From Candidatus Omnitrophota bacterium (GTDB taxonomy: Bacteria; Omnitrophota; Gorgyraeia; S143-82), in assembly GCA_015494585.1 (NCBI GenBank), contig WGAY01000036.1, positions 9,462 through 73,461 on the forward strand: DNA of 64,000 bases, read 5' to 3'. The translations under genes and the position numbers were made by a program. The notes beneath the pieces were generated by a model. The model was not told the DNA's origin. It saw only the letters and a program-made list of their open reading frames with translations, and ran no database searches. Each line of letters opens with the position of its first letter. Position 1 is the first letter of the stretch. Below, piece by piece: positions 49,855 through 61,010 of the stretch.

Positions 49855-50475
49855 CTACGATCGTTTCCTTGCCATTATTGTCTTTACCATCTTCTGGCGG
49901 ATAAACATCTCCCGGTCATTCTCCTCCAGAACGTCTTCTATCCACTTCTTTATCCTGCTATAAAGCGGGATAAAAAAGACATCCAGGGCATTCACACGCC
50001 TCTGGGTCTTTTTGATCTCTCGCGCAAGTTCATCTACAATATACCGTTTTTCAATATACTTTACAAGCAAATCCTGAATCTCAGGCACCATTGCCAGGGC
50101 CTGATCCATCTCTAAAGTAGAAAAGGCCAGTCCTGGGCGTGGAATATTTCTCTTGCTTATATCAATACGCGGTACTCGCACGCCCATGACACTGTGGTAA
50201 ACCACCTCCACCTCTAATAAGGCATTGCTCTGCAGGATAAACAGCTCCTCTCTTTCCTGACCCAGGGATATTCCTCCCCTCTTAAACTGGCGATAAAATG
50301 CCCTTAATTTGGTATGAAGGTCTTCATATACGGCCTGCATCTGGGCAACCTCTTTCATAAACTCGCTCATCAAGGCCTCACGCTTTTTCTCTAGGAGACC
50401 ATATCCATCCCTGGATATCTTGAGATTTTCCTTTACCTTTTGGAGATTACTGCGGGTAGGAGTGAGATTTTCCAT
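49855..50475 (-). CDS. V/A-type ATPase subunit D
   Basis: PTRSNL, GYGLLEKKRE, VMGVRVP, KTQRRVNAL. Confidence 0.94.
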   Translation of the reverse strand: MENLTPTRSNLQKVKENLKISRDGYGLLEKKREALMSEFMKEVAQMQAVYEDLHTKLRAFYRQFKRGGISLGQEREELFILQSNALLEVEVVYHSVMGVRVPRIDISKRNIPRPGLAFSTLEMDQALAMVPEIQDLLVKYIEKRYIVDELAREIKKTQRRVNALDVFFIPLYSRIKKWIEDVLEENDREMFIRQKMVKTIMARKRS

Positions 50476-50492
50476 AACCAGACCTGCCTATA

Positions 50493-51884
50493 TCAGTCTC
50501 TATTGTAATATTTTTCTATCTGTTCCTTTGTCAGCCTATGAAGCTGGTTTTCTGGCAATATAGACAAGACCTCCCATGCTATATTAAGGGTCTGTTCAAG
50601 ACTACGGTTCTCATCATAACCCTGGGAAAGGAACCTTTTTTCAAACTTCTCTCCAAACTCCAAGAATTTCTTATCCCTTTCACTCAATTCCTCCTCCCCG
50701 ACGATATCAGCAAGGCTTCTTATCCATTGCACCTCTGCATAACTTGCATAAAGCTGATTGGCCACATTGGGATGGTCTTCTCTGGTCCGTCCCTTGCCTA
50801 TCGCATCCTTCATAAGACGAGACAAACTCGGCGGCAGGTCAATGGGAGGATATATTCCCTTTTGATAAAGGGCACGCGAAAGGACTATCTGTCCCTCTGT
50901 GATATAGCCGGTAAGGTCCGGGATAGGATGGGATATATCCATATTTGGCATTGTTAAAAATGGTATCAGGGTTACAGAACCCTCTCTATCCTTTACCCTG
51001 CCACAACGCTCATATAGCGAGGCAAGGTCAGTGTACATATAGCCTGGATAGCCCTTCCTGGAAGGGACCTCATCCCTTGCCGCTGAGAGTTCCCTTAAAG
51101 ACTCACAGTAATTAGTCATATCTCCTATTATCACCAATACATGCCTGCCCTTCTCAAAGGCAAGGTATTCTGCCAGGGTCAAGGCGCATCTAGGGGTAAT
51201 AATCCTCTCCTCAGGAGGGTCATCGGCCAGATTTAAAAACATCGTCACCTTATCCATATTTGCAGTATTCTCCAAGACATCCCTGAAAAATAGGGCCTCA
51301 TCAAAACGAATGCCCATCGCGGCAAATACAATGGCGAATTTCTCAGCCTTTCCAGAAACAGAGGCCTGTTTTATTATCTGGGCAACAATCTCATTATGGG
51401 GGAGGCCAGAACCTGAGAATATAGGTAGCTTTTGTCCTCTAACGAGGGTATTCATTGCATCGATAGCACTGATCCCGGTCTGTATGATGTCACGGGGATA
51501 GTCGCGTGACATTGGATTAATAGCAAGACCATTTATATCTACTTCCTTATCTATAGTAGGAAGCGGATAATCATCTATAGGCTTGCCCGTACCATTGAAA
51601 ACCCTGCCTAGCATCTCTTCAGAAACACCGAGTTTAAACGGTTGTCCCAGAAACTTTGCCTTTGCTTTACTGGTAGAGATGCCAGCCGTTCCCTCAAAAA
51701 CCTGAACGATTATCGCCTCCCTGCCGGCCTCAAGGACACGCCCAAGCCTACGTGAGCCATCGCCTATATCGAACTCAACCATCTCGCCATAGAACACCCC
51801 ATTTATAGGCTCCAGTACCGCTATGGCACCGCGTAGTTCCTTGAATCTAGAAGACTCCTTTACCCCTTCAAATATTAACTCCAT
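50493..51884 (-). CDS. V/A-type ATPase subunit B
   Basis: [48 protein letters not shown]. Confidence 0.97.
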   Translation of the reverse strand: MELIFEGVKESSRFKELRGAIAVLEPINGVFYGEMVEFDIGDGSRRLGRVLEAGREAIIVQVFEGTAGISTSKAKAKFLGQPFKLGVSEEMLGRVFNGTGKPIDDYPLPTIDKEVDINGLAINPMSRDYPRDIIQTGISAIDAMNTLVRGQKLPIFSGSGLPHNEIVAQIIKQASVSGKAEKFAIVFAAMGIRFDEALFFRDVLENTANMDKVTMFLNLADDPPEERIITPRCALTLAEYLAFEKGRHVLVIIGDMTNYCESLRELSAARDEVPSRKGYPGYMYTDLASLYERCGRVKDREGSVTLIPFLTMPNMDISHPIPDLTGYITEGQIVLSRALYQKGIYPPIDLPPSLSRLMKDAIGKGRTREDHPNVANQLYASYAEVQWIRSLADIVGEEELSERDKKFLEFGEKFEKRFLSQGYDENRSLEQTLNIAWEVLSILPENQLHRLTKEQIEKYYNRD

Positions 51885-53634
51885 ACTTTGCCCCTATCTC
51901 TCTAAAGGCCTCATCCAGTCTCTCTCTAAACCTATCAAACTCTTCCAGCTTATCGTTTGAAATCTCCTCCTTTAACCTCATTATCTGAGCAAATTCCTCC
52001 ATCTCAATGATTGTCAGGACATGGATGCCCACATCCAAGAGCTCTTTGGCACTGTCATAGAAAAACAAGATAAGGTCTATTATCTTGAGGCCTTTCTCTG
52101 GTGAAGAAAAACTATCCGAACTATATGCATTCTGCTGGAGAAAACCGAAGCGTACCAACCTGGCTATCTCTATAACCAATCTCTGGGAATCGGGCAAGGC
52201 ATCAACTCCTATAAGCTGGGCCACCCGTTCAAGCCTATCTGCCTCCTGCAAAAGGGCCATTATGCGCGTGCGCAACTGGCCCCAATCTGCACCCTTGACA
52301 TTCTCTCTCCACCAATCAGTAAGGTCATCTACATAGCCACTATAGCTGTCTATCCAATTGATGGAAGGGAAGTGCCTCTGTCCAGCAAGCCTCTTATCCA
52401 ATGCCCAGAATGTGCGCACGAATCGCTTGGTATGCATGGTCACTGGCTCTGAGAAATCCCCTCCTGGGGGAGATACCGCACCTATCACTGTAATAGATCC
52501 CCTTTTGCCGCTCAGTGCCTCTGCATAGCCGGCCCGTTCATAGAATTCCCCCAGGCGCGAGGCCAGATACGCAGGATATCCTTCTTCGGCAGGCATCATC
52601 TCTAACCTCCCAGCTATCTCACGCAATGCCTCTGCCCAACGACTCGTGGAATCTGCCATCAGTGCAACACTATAGCCCTGGTCCCTGAAGTACTCGGCCA
52701 TAGTGATACCTGTATAGACACTTGCCTCGCGTGCCGCAACCGGCATATTAGAGGTATTGGCTATTATTATAGTCCTCTCAATTAAAGGCCTTCCTGTGCG
52801 CGGATCCTGAAGTTCAGGGAATTCCTCTAATACCTGAGTAATCTCATTGCCCCTCTCACCACAACCTATGTAGATAATAATATCCGCCGACGCCCACTTC
52901 GCAAGCTGATGTTGGGTAATCGTCTTACCAGTACCAAACCCACCTGGTATAGCCGCTACCCCTCCAACCGCAACCGGAAACAGGAAGTCTATCACCCTCT
53001 GCCCGGTTATAAGGGGCACATTCGGCCTGAGTCTCTTTAAAACCGGCCGTTTCTTCCGTACGGGCCAACGATGATACATCGGGAGGGCAATCTCTTTACT
53101 GCCCAAATCTATCTTAACAACAATATCCTCGAGCCTGTATTTACCTTCGCTGGCGACCCAGAGGACCTTGCCTTTTATGTCTGGTGGCAGCAGGATCCTG
53201 TGTTTAATAAGAGAAGTCTCCTCAACCTCGCCTATAATATGGCCTGGCCCAACCACATCTCCTTCCCTGACCTGCGGAGTAAAGGCCCACATCCTCTCTC
53301 TGGAAAGGCTCTGTGTCTGTACCCCGTTTTCGACAAATATTCCACAGGCCTGGCGAATGTCCTTTAACGGCCTTTGTATACCATCGAATATATTTCCCAG
53401 AAGACCTGGCCCAAGTTCGACAGATAAAGGATATCCCTTATCCTCAATCTCATCACCAGGAGAAATGCCAGTGGTGTCCTCATATACCTGGATAACCGCC
53501 TTATCTCCCCTTATCCCGACTATCTCACCAACCAATCCGGCCCTGCCTACCGAGACCTGATTTCCAACAGGACTGGTTGAAAGCCCACCTGCTATTACCA
53601 CCGGCCCATTAACAGACCAGACATATCCCCGCAT
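51868..53634 (-). CDS. V/A-type ATPase catalytic subunit A
   Basis: [46 protein letters not shown]. Confidence 0.97.
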   Translation of the reverse strand: MRGYVWSVNGPVVIAGGLSTSPVGNQVSVGRAGLVGEIVGIRGDKAVIQVYEDTTGISPGDEIEDKGYPLSVELGPGLLGNIFDGIQRPLKDIRQACGIFVENGVQTQSLSRERMWAFTPQVREGDVVGPGHIIGEVEETSLIKHRILLPPDIKGKVLWVASEGKYRLEDIVVKIDLGSKEIALPMYHRWPVRKKRPVLKRLRPNVPLITGQRVIDFLFPVAVGGVAAIPGGFGTGKTITQHQLAKWASADIIIYIGCGERGNEITQVLEEFPELQDPRTGRPLIERTIIIANTSNMPVAAREASVYTGITMAEYFRDQGYSVALMADSTSRWAEALREIAGRLEMMPAEEGYPAYLASRLGEFYERAGYAEALSGKRGSITVIGAVSPPGGDFSEPVTMHTKRFVRTFWALDKRLAGQRHFPSINWIDSYSGYVDDLTDWWRENVKGADWGQLRTRIMALLQEADRLERVAQLIGVDALPDSQRLVIEIARLVRFGFLQQNAYSSDSFSSPEKGLKIIDLILFFYDSAKELLDVGIHVLTIIEMEEFAQIMRLKEEISNDKLEEFDRFRERLDEAFREIGAKYGVNI

Positions 53635-53681
53635 CTTACACTCCTGCTAATCGAAAATAAAACCTTCAATAGGGATAATCT

Positions 53682-56600
53682 TTATTTCTTCCCTATCTCA
53701 CAAATTATCTCCCTTATTCCACCTGACCTGAGCAGATATGCAAGCTGCCCCTCTAACCTATTGCCTTCTACAGAAAAGACCTTTCCTTCTTGGTTGCTAA
53801 TTACCTCTATCCGCATTACCCCAACGCCATCGGAATAACAATTGTATCTCTTAGGATTCTTATATACAACTAAAGTTTTTCCAAACAACTGGAAGGCAAA
53901 ACTGTTCGCCGGCAGAGCTCCCCTAGCAGGGACCTTTCTGGACTCACTGGTAAATAGCCATTCAGGCAGCTTGGGTGAAAATTCAAACACAAGCTGGCCA
54001 TTTTCATCTACCCAGAAGAACTTATCCCCTACACACATCAACATCCAAACGTGAATCCACTCCACAGTAGAGCCAGTCAACCTTGCAACAAAACCCCTAC
54101 CCCATTGAGACTCGTCCGGGAAAGCACTACTGACAATAAAAGAGGAGTTCTCCAGGATACTGCGGCCATAGACCTCTGGTCTTTGGAAACATATCACAGT
54201 CTTGAGTATATCCGAGAAAAATGGCTTACCAATATCTGATTTCAATAACTCTAGGAGATATTTATACTCCATATGCAGCCAGATAGACTCATTTTCAAGC
54301 CAGCCAGGCGTAAATACAGCCGAACGGCCTATCTCAAGGCTCTCATTCTTTAGAGATGCACAGACCTTATACATCTCAAGTTCCTGGTCAAATAGAGGGC
54401 TCTTTTTTACCGCATCGTATAACTTCCTCGCTTTATCTTTATCGTTCAGGATACGCAGATAGTGGACCTGCCCCTCGAGGAACCAAGGCAAAATATGTTG
54501 AGAAAAACGAGTTACGCGCACTGCAGGTTGGCCAGAGACGTGAGTTTTGCCTTCTATCTCCTCCCACTCCTCTGCTATATAATAAAAATAGGTATTTACT
54601 AAACCACTTTTTTTGTCAATTGCTCTCTCTATTGCCTTTAAAAAGATCTTCTCCGCTGTTTCAAGATATACCAATAGATCGTCCAGAGCCAGAGAGTTCT
54701 CTTTTCCGGAAAGCCCCCAAAACACCTTTTCTCTATAGGCCTCACGGAGCTTGCCTTCCTCTTGCCAGTATTCCATCCCCAGTTCTTTATCGAACAATTT
54801 ATTGATCTGCTCATCTATAAGAGATGCTATTTCCTCCGGTAGATTGACGCTGGGGAAAAATCCCTTATACCTTAACACAAGGTCCTTCAGGAACCTTATA
54901 AGGCGCAATACCTCCATTGTTTCAGAAGAAGAGGAGCCTATCAACCCAGGCAAACCATTTAACGAGTCGTACCAATTAGGCTTATCTGCCTCCATCTCTA
55001 TCCCCACGCCATAGGGATCTAGATTCATCACCTTGGCCGCAAGAAGCGTCAATAGTTTCACAAATAGACTTGTATAATAGACATCACCTTTTCCATAAAG
55101 GGTCCTTACTTTATTTTTATATTGCGGCCTCTCGGAGATAAGCTTGGACTTATCTTTATCCTTTCGAACAGCCTTGTACTGCCTGACACCATTCTTTGTT
55201 AAAACAAATTTCTCATCCCGCCTAGCAACATAGTATTCAGAATCAAAGAAGGTATATGTCTTATCCTCAAAGAACAACCTCTTCTCCTCATCCGGAAAAA
55301 CAGCCAGATAAGATTCTATAAGATCTATATTATAGGTCCAATGGTCTGTCCAGAAACCCTCTCTATGTTCCGCGTCTTCAATCCTTTCGCATTCAGACAA
55401 AAGCCTCTTTAAGAACCTCTCCTCGCCACCTCTTATCTTTATATTCTTCTCCTTTATAAACGAAAACAACTGTCCAGGAGAAAACTCCGTCCTGACCAAA
55501 AAATCCCTCAGTACAGGCAAGGCCTTTGCATTGACAAATCCAGATAACCATTTCTCAAGCTCCGCAGGGCCTTGTCTTAGTACAAACCTTACACCATTTA
55601 TCTGGAGGGGATTGTATCCGTCTAGTCGCAGCAGATTCATAAACAGCTTAACATTGCTATCTCCAACCTCGGGATGGAAAAAGACATCCAAACGGCGATT
55701 TTGATTCATATCCCGGTAGTTTCCATTTCCTTGGGATAGAAATGTAGGCTCCAAATTAAAGTTATTGTAATCCCTCTCCAGGTCACCGTGCTTTCTGCCG
55801 TAGACGTAAAATATATGGTGACCATTTAGAGTAGGCAATTTTATCGGATATCCACCCCTTAAAAGATTATCCAGATAACTTTGGGCCGTATATTTATCGA
55901 ACTCAACAAAAGAGCTTACAGTGAAGACCTCATCCATAATACCAGAAACCAGGTTCCTATTTTCTATCCTCTTATTCAAGATATATTCAGAAGAAGACAA
56001 CGCAAGTCTGGCAAATCGAGATGCTTCTCTCTCTCCAGAGGCATGGCCGATAAGGGTTACAAATTCCGCCTCTCCGGAAGGCGGGATCTTTACCCTCTGA
56101 AAGGAAAAGGCACAAGGCAGCTTATTCTGAAGCATCTGCTCATCCGGATAAAGGAATCTTTTGTCCTCTAAAAACTCTTCAGGATAATCAAAATCAAGCA
56201 CAGAACCAAAGATTGTATCTGGATCAGAGATAATCCGCAGGGCATTGGTCTTACCCTTTGATAATGCATAAGAAAAGTAAAAATTGCCCTTCTCTACCTT
56301 TACAACCTCTGGCCTATCGTCTAATTCTACCCTTACCTTGTAGAAGCCCAGGAAGTCATCTATATGCCTGGCCTGCATCCAGGCCTCTGCTGTCCTGAAC
56401 ATATTTTTGACAATGAACTGATTTAAGCCGTAAGGCAGGATTACTGGCATCCCATCCAGGACCTCCAGGCTCATAGGCCTTGAATTGGAAAGATTTCGTA
56501 TAGAGACAACCCTAACCAAAGCAGGTAGTCTCTCTCCTGGCAACGTAAAATATACAACTGAAATCTTCATCCCCAATGTCTTATTTACCTCTTCTATTTC

Positions 56601-56978
56601 TAACTCATAAGGCCTAATCGTCATTCTTTGCTTCACTGCCTGGGCCCGCGAGGCTATACCTGATTGAAATGGCTCATAAAAGATAAAATCTGAATCCCTT
56701 TGAAACTTTACAAAGGTACGAAATCCATATCGGGAAACGGTTTGATAGGCCTTATTTGCAGGATAAAACTCCATAATCGCCCCATCCTTGCCACTTATCC
56801 CAAAGCTGGATATAGCCTGCCCACGATTCACATAAAAGGCCCATAAGGGAATGCCATAAAGCCCAGCTATTCCCGGGAAGAAACTCGAAAAGGGACGAGC
56901 CAAATTATACTCGTCAATGACAAACCCGCCATCAGGCAAGACCGTATAAACTGGTTCTTTATCCGACCAGGCATCCAT
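53682..56978 (-). CDS. GH161-like beta-1,3-glucan phosphorylase (GH94/GH149/GH161 superfamily)
   Basis: 1098 aa, no signal peptide; SFFPGIAG..GIPLWAFYVNRGQ, RKHGDLERDYN, SQGNGNYRD.NQNRR, KPNWYDSLNGLPG, WLENESIWLHMEYKY. Confidence 0.82.
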   Translation of the reverse strand: MDAWSDKEPVYTVLPDGGFVIDEYNLARPFSSFFPGIAGLYGIPLWAFYVNRGQAISSFGISGKDGAIMEFYPANKAYQTVSRYGFRTFVKFQRDSDFIFYEPFQSGIASRAQAVKQRMTIRPYELEIEEVNKTLGMKISVVYFTLPGERLPALVRVVSIRNLSNSRPMSLEVLDGMPVILPYGLNQFIVKNMFRTAEAWMQARHIDDFLGFYKVRVELDDRPEVVKVEKGNFYFSYALSKGKTNALRIISDPDTIFGSVLDFDYPEEFLEDKRFLYPDEQMLQNKLPCAFSFQRVKIPPSGEAEFVTLIGHASGEREASRFARLALSSSEYILNKRIENRNLVSGIMDEVFTVSSFVEFDKYTAQSYLDNLLRGGYPIKLPTLNGHHIFYVYGRKHGDLERDYNNFNLEPTFLSQGNGNYRDMNQNRRLDVFFHPEVGDSNVKLFMNLLRLDGYNPLQINGVRFVLRQGPAELEKWLSGFVNAKALPVLRDFLVRTEFSPGQLFSFIKEKNIKIRGGEERFLKRLLSECERIEDAEHREGFWTDHWTYNIDLIESYLAVFPDEEKRLFFEDKTYTFFDSEYYVARRDEKFVLTKNGVRQYKAVRKDKDKSKLISERPQYKNKVRTLYGKGDVYYTSLFVKLLTLLAAKVMNLDPYGVGIEMEADKPNWYDSLNGLPGLIGSSSSETMEVLRLIRFLKDLVLRYKGFFPSVNLPEEIASLIDEQINKLFDKELGMEYWQEEGKLREAYREKVFWGLSGKENSLALDDLLVYLETAEKIFLKAIERAIDKKSGLVNTYFYYIAEEWEEIEGKTHVSGQPAVRVTRFSQHILPWFLEGQVHYLRILNDKDKARKLYDAVKKSPLFDQELEMYKVCASLKNESLEIGRSAVFTPGWLENESIWLHMEYKYLLELLKSDIGKPFFSDILKTVICFQRPEVYGRSILENSSFIVSSAFPDESQWGRGFVARLTGSTVEWIHVWMLMCVGDKFFWVDENGQLVFEFSPKLPEWLFTSESRKVPARGALPANSFAFQLFGKTLVVYKNPKRYNCYSDGVGVMRIEVISNQEGKVFSVEGNRLEGQLAYLLRSGGIREIICEIGKK

Positions 56979-57055
56979 AAAATAACTCCTATATTATCAA
57001 ATAGTTGGTTTTTGACAAAATCTCCTGTAAGCGCTTTCAATACCATCAAAAAAAA

Positions 57056-57133
57056 TGGCGGGGACGACGGGATTTGAACCCGCGATCTCCAGATCGACAA
57101 TCTGGCATTCTAACCAGGCTGAACTACGTCCCC
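57056..57133 (-). tRNA. tRNA-Asp(GTC)
   Basis: GGGGACGTAGTTCAGCCTGGTTAGAATGCCAGATTGTCGATCTGGAGATCGCGGGTTCAAATCCCGTCGTCCCCGCCA; G discriminator, encoded CCA. Confidence 0.95.
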
Positions 57134-57354
57134 GCAGCTAGTTATACAGTTAACCACAAAAAGGACAAACAGGCAAGAAATTTTTCATATTAAGGACAAA
57201 ATAACATCCTTATCTCAAAGAATAACAGGAATCCCTTGTATATATGGAAACACTAAGTTATAATAAATATTTAGGTTTAACCTGAACTATATTTTGTTGC
57301 TAAAACTTAGCGAATTATATTTTAGTTTAACATATACAAATTTCAAGGATTTTT

Positions 57355-58833
57355 ATGGCACGCGAGATATTGGCTAGCTTAGATGAACAGGAAAAACGCA
57401 TAGTTATACTGGACAACGGCAGGATCGAAGACTATTTCTTTGAAAGGGCAGGTCAGCAACACCTGGTAAACAACATATACAAAGGAATAGTGGAGGACGT
57501 TACTCCTGCCCTGGGTGCGGTCTTTGTCAATATTGGTCTGGAAAGAAAGGGATTTCTCTATATGGATGAGCCCGCAGATACTATCTTTGGACTCTCTCAG
57601 AAGAAAAAGGGGCAGACCATCGGGGAGGTAGCAGAAAAGGGGAATGTAGTGTTAGTACAGGTTTCAAAAGAACCCTTTGGATCAAAGGGGGCTCGCTTGA
57701 CGACCAACATCACCATCCCTGGCAAACACATAGTTATTATGCCATATTCCCAGGTACGCGGGGTATCTAAAAAAATAGTCGATGAAAAGGAGAGAAAACG
57801 CCTAAAGGAGATAATCCACAGCATAAAGGCGCCCTATGGGTTTATCGTAAGGACAGCGGCTATTGGTGCCAGCAAACGAGATATAGAAAAAGACGCCAAT
57901 AACTTAATAAAACAATGGAAAAGCCTCTACAGAAAGGCAGTAAGGACAAATCCGCCGGCATTGATATTCGAAGAGCAGGACATAATATTCAAAGTAGTCC
58001 GCGACTACTTCGATGAATCGGTGGATAGGTTGGTAATAGATAACCGCAGGGAATTCTTGAGGCTAAGGTCGTTTATAAAGGCAGTTTCTCCCCGCCTTGC
58101 AGAAAGAGTAGAGCTCTACAATGCCAATGTTCCACTATTTGAATTGCGCGGTATAGAACAACAGATAGAAGAGATATACAATACAATGGTAGCCCTACCA
58201 GGGGGAGGGTACCTAATCATTGAAGAGACAGAGGCACTAACAGTGATAGACGTCAACAGTGGCAAGTTCAAAGCAGTAAAACGCAACCAGGAAGAAATGG
58301 CCTTTATAGTAAACTGTGAAGCCGCACAGGAAATAGGCAGGCAACTGCGCCTCAGGGACATCGGCGGAATCATCGTAATAGATTTTATTGATATGAAGGT
58401 CCAGGCCCATAAAAATGAGGTGCTATCCGTACTGAAAACCGCCCTTGCCAGGGACAAGGCAAAATCTGAAATTATCTCTGTCTCTCCCCTTGGACTGGTA
58501 GAGATGACGCGAGAGAGGACTGAGAGGACAAGCGAGGCAAGGACATTTTCTACATGTCCCTGTTGTAGTGGACGCGGCAAGATAATGTCGCCGCAGACAG
58601 TTGCAATAGGCTTGTTTAGGAAACTAAGATATATGTTGCGTCAAGATAGACGACGAAAAAAACGGGCTATAGTAAAGGCCCACAAACAGGTAATAGAATA
58701 CTTAAAGACTCAACGGAACATCCTGCTGGACATAAGCAAAAAATACAACACAGAATGCCAATTCATCACAGATAAGGAAATAAGCCCAGACCAATATAAT
58801 CTGGAGGTAATCAATATTGCCAGACGTAGATAA
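57355..58833 (+). CDS. rng: Ribonuclease E/G family
   Basis: NIYKG.V S1 domain, KGARLT, IDVNSG, LRLRDIGGIIVIDFIDM, CPCCSGRG. Confidence 0.95.
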   Translation: MAREILASLDEQEKRIVILDNGRIEDYFFERAGQQHLVNNIYKGIVEDVTPALGAVFVNIGLERKGFLYMDEPADTIFGLSQKKKGQTIGEVAEKGNVVLVQVSKEPFGSKGARLTTNITIPGKHIVIMPYSQVRGVSKKIVDEKERKRLKEIIHSIKAPYGFIVRTAAIGASKRDIEKDANNLIKQWKSLYRKAVRTNPPALIFEEQDIIFKVVRDYFDESVDRLVIDNRREFLRLRSFIKAVSPRLAERVELYNANVPLFELRGIEQQIEEIYNTMVALPGGGYLIIEETEALTVIDVNSGKFKAVKRNQEEMAFIVNCEAAQEIGRQLRLRDIGGIIVIDFIDMKVQAHKNEVLSVLKTALARDKAKSEIISVSPLGLVEMTRERTERTSEARTFSTCPCCSGRGKIMSPQTVAIGLFRKLRYMLRQDRRRKKRAIVKAHKQVIEYLKTQRNILLDISKKYNTECQFITDKEISPDQYNLEVINIARRR

Positions 58834-59824
58834 AAAGATAAAAGCCGGTATTATAGGGGTTACAGGCCATACAGGGGAAGAACTCCTGCGCCTGCTTCTT
58901 CGCCATCCATCCGTGGAAATAACATATCTTGCTAGTCGTCAAAATCACGGTCCTGTCAAAGAGATATATCCGTGGACTCCACAAGGACTTGTTATATCTG
59001 AAATAGACATATCAAAAATAAAGGCATCCTGCGACTGCGTCTTCCTTGCCCTACCCCATACAGTATCGCAAGAGTTCGCTGCCCAGCTTTATCCAGATGT
59101 AGTAGTAATAGACCTAAGTGCTGACTTTCGATTAAAAGATCCCAATACATATGAGAAATGGTATAAGACAAAACACCTCTATCCAAATCTCCTAAAAGAC
59201 TCCGTATACGGTCTGCCAGAAATATTCAAAGAACAAATCAAGACAGCCAAGCTAATAGCAAATCCAGGCTGCTATCCAACATCTGTAATCCTTGGACTAT
59301 ATCCTCTAGTAAAAGAAAGACTCATAAAAAGCGTATTTATCGATGCTAAGTCAGGGGCAAGCGGTGCAGGGAAAAAATTATCGAACAATCTTCTCTTCGT
59401 CTCTCTTAGTGGTGAACTAAAGCCATACAAGGTAAATCAACACCAGCATATACCCGAAATACTGCAAATACTAGGCCTTCATGAAGAAGGAATCATCTTT
59501 GTACCGCACATAGTAGGAATAGAACGAGGAATTATTTCAACGATGTATGTCTCCTTAACCTATGGTAAAAGCCAGGAAGAAATAGGACAACTCTATGAAC
59601 AATACTATCGACATTCTCACTTTGTAAAGCTACTAGGTGAAGACCTACCCTCTTTCAGGGGAGTAGCCCATACAAATCAATGCCACATTTCAATTCGCTC
59701 GGTCGCACCCGATATGGTTATCGTAATCTCTGCAATAGACAACCTAATAAAGGGTGCAAGTGGCCAGGCGATTCAGAATATGAATCTTATTTTTGGTCTG
59801 GACGAAAAGGAGGGATTGCTGTGA
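58817..59824 (+). CDS. argC: N-acetyl-gamma-glutamyl-phosphate reductase
   Basis: FLALPH, IDLSADFR, ANPGCYPT, SGASGAG, DNLIKGASGQA. Confidence 0.97.
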   Translation: MPDVDKKIKAGIIGVTGHTGEELLRLLLRHPSVEITYLASRQNHGPVKEIYPWTPQGLVISEIDISKIKASCDCVFLALPHTVSQEFAAQLYPDVVVIDLSADFRLKDPNTYEKWYKTKHLYPNLLKDSVYGLPEIFKEQIKTAKLIANPGCYPTSVILGLYPLVKERLIKSVFIDAKSGASGAGKKLSNNLLFVSLSGELKPYKVNQHQHIPEILQILGLHEEGIIFVPHIVGIERGIISTMYVSLTYGKSQEEIGQLYEQYYRHSHFVKLLGEDLPSFRGVAHTNQCHISIRSVAPDMVIVISAIDNLIKGASGQAIQNMNLIFGLDEKEGLL

Positions 59825-61008
59825 TCAAATGGGTCCCTAGAGGAGTTTGCGCGCCAGAAGGATTCCAGGCAGGGGGGATTTCTTGTGGGATAAAAAAGGA
59901 GGGCCAGAAGGATCTTGCGCTGGTAATGTGCGAAGACGATATATGCAATGTAGCCGCTGTCTTCACCACAAACAGCATAGTAGCCCATCCTGTAAAGATA
60001 TCAAAAGAACGGATAAAAAACGGCTTTGCCCGCGCTGTATTGATAAACAGCGGCAATGCAAACTGTTGTACAGGCGAAGAAGGATACAAGGCTGCTATAA
60101 ACATCTCCAAAAAACTGGCAAAACTCATATACGACGAAGAAAAACACATCTTGATAGCATCTACAGGCATAATAGGCGTTCCGTTTCCAGAGAAAAAGAT
60201 ATTGGATAACCTTCCCTCCCTCGTCGAAAACACAGATACCGTAGGCCATACGTCTGCGGCAATGGCAATAATGACAACCGACACCTTTTCAAAAGAGGCC
60301 GCGGTAACCGCCACCACCCCTAAGGGTAAAATAACTATCGGTGGAATGGCAAAAGGGGCAGGGATGATATTCCCACATATGGCGACTATGATCGCCGTTT
60401 TAACTACCGATGTAAACATATCCACTGCCCTATTAAAATCAGCGCTAAAAGAGGCCGTCAATGAAACCTTCAATCGCATATCCGTTGACGGCGATATGAG
60501 CACAAACGATTCGGTATTCATATTGGCCAATAGCAGAGGGCTACACATAACCTCAAAGAAATCAAAAGAATACCGTATATTCGTAGAAAGTCTGAAAACC
60601 CTCTGCATGCGCCTTGCAGAAATGATAGTTAGAGACGGTGAAGGGGCTACCAGGTTTGTACGCATTACCGTTCAGGGTGCTTCCAGTCAAGACGAAGCCG
60701 TAAAGGTCGCCGAAAAAGTTGCTACATCCGCACTATTTAAGTGCTCTGTGTTCGGGGGAAAGATAGTCTGGGGAAGAATAGCCGCAGCAGTTGGTGCAGC
60801 CAGCAAACACGTCGAAGAAAAAAAGCTGGAGATAATCGCCAACAAACATATAGTCTTCAAAAAAGGCAAACCTATGATAACTCGCACCAAGGCCCTACTA
60901 ATTGACAAAGACCTGGATATAACTATAGACCTGCATCACGGTAAATTCTCTTATTATAAATTCACCTGCGATTTTTCTCCAAACTACGTACTCATCAATA
61001 AAGAATAA
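59821..61008 (+). CDS. argJ: Glutamate N-acetyltransferase / ornithine acetyltransferase
   Basis: GTG start at 59821 overlapping the argC stop; NSGNAN, STGIIG, IMTTD, KGAGMIxPxMATM, STND, DGEGAT. Confidence 0.95.
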   Translation: MIKWVPRGVCAPEGFQAGGISCGIKKEGQKDLALVMCEDDICNVAAVFTTNSIVAHPVKISKERIKNGFARAVLINSGNANCCTGEEGYKAAINISKKLAKLIYDEEKHILIASTGIIGVPFPEKKILDNLPSLVENTDTVGHTSAAMAIMTTDTFSKEAAVTATTPKGKITIGGMAKGAGMIFPHMATMIAVLTTDVNISTALLKSALKEAVNETFNRISVDGDMSTNDSVFILANSRGLHITSKKSKEYRIFVESLKTLCMRLAEMIVRDGEGATRFVRITVQGASSQDEAVKVAEKVATSALFKCSVFGGKIVWGRIAAAVGAASKHVEEKKLEIIANKHIVFKKGKPMITRTKALLIDKDLDITIDLHHGKFSYYKFTCDFSPNYVLINKE

Positions 61009-61010
61009 AA

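Noticed and set aside
56867-57193. Short ORFs of 77 and 62 aa
   Set aside because: Artefacts of reading through tRNA-Asp; likewise 45313-45555 for tRNA-Met
59680-59820. N-terminal extensions in the ORF track (argJ, also cdsA, phoH, DUF4912, barrel, folD)
   Set aside because: They overlap upstream genes; internal starts with RBS and family-typical N-termini fit better
59787-60665. 292-aa minus-strand ORF
   Set aside because: Exact antisense of argJ with no recognisable motifs; the same applies to the many short plus-strand ORFs overlapping minus-strand genes
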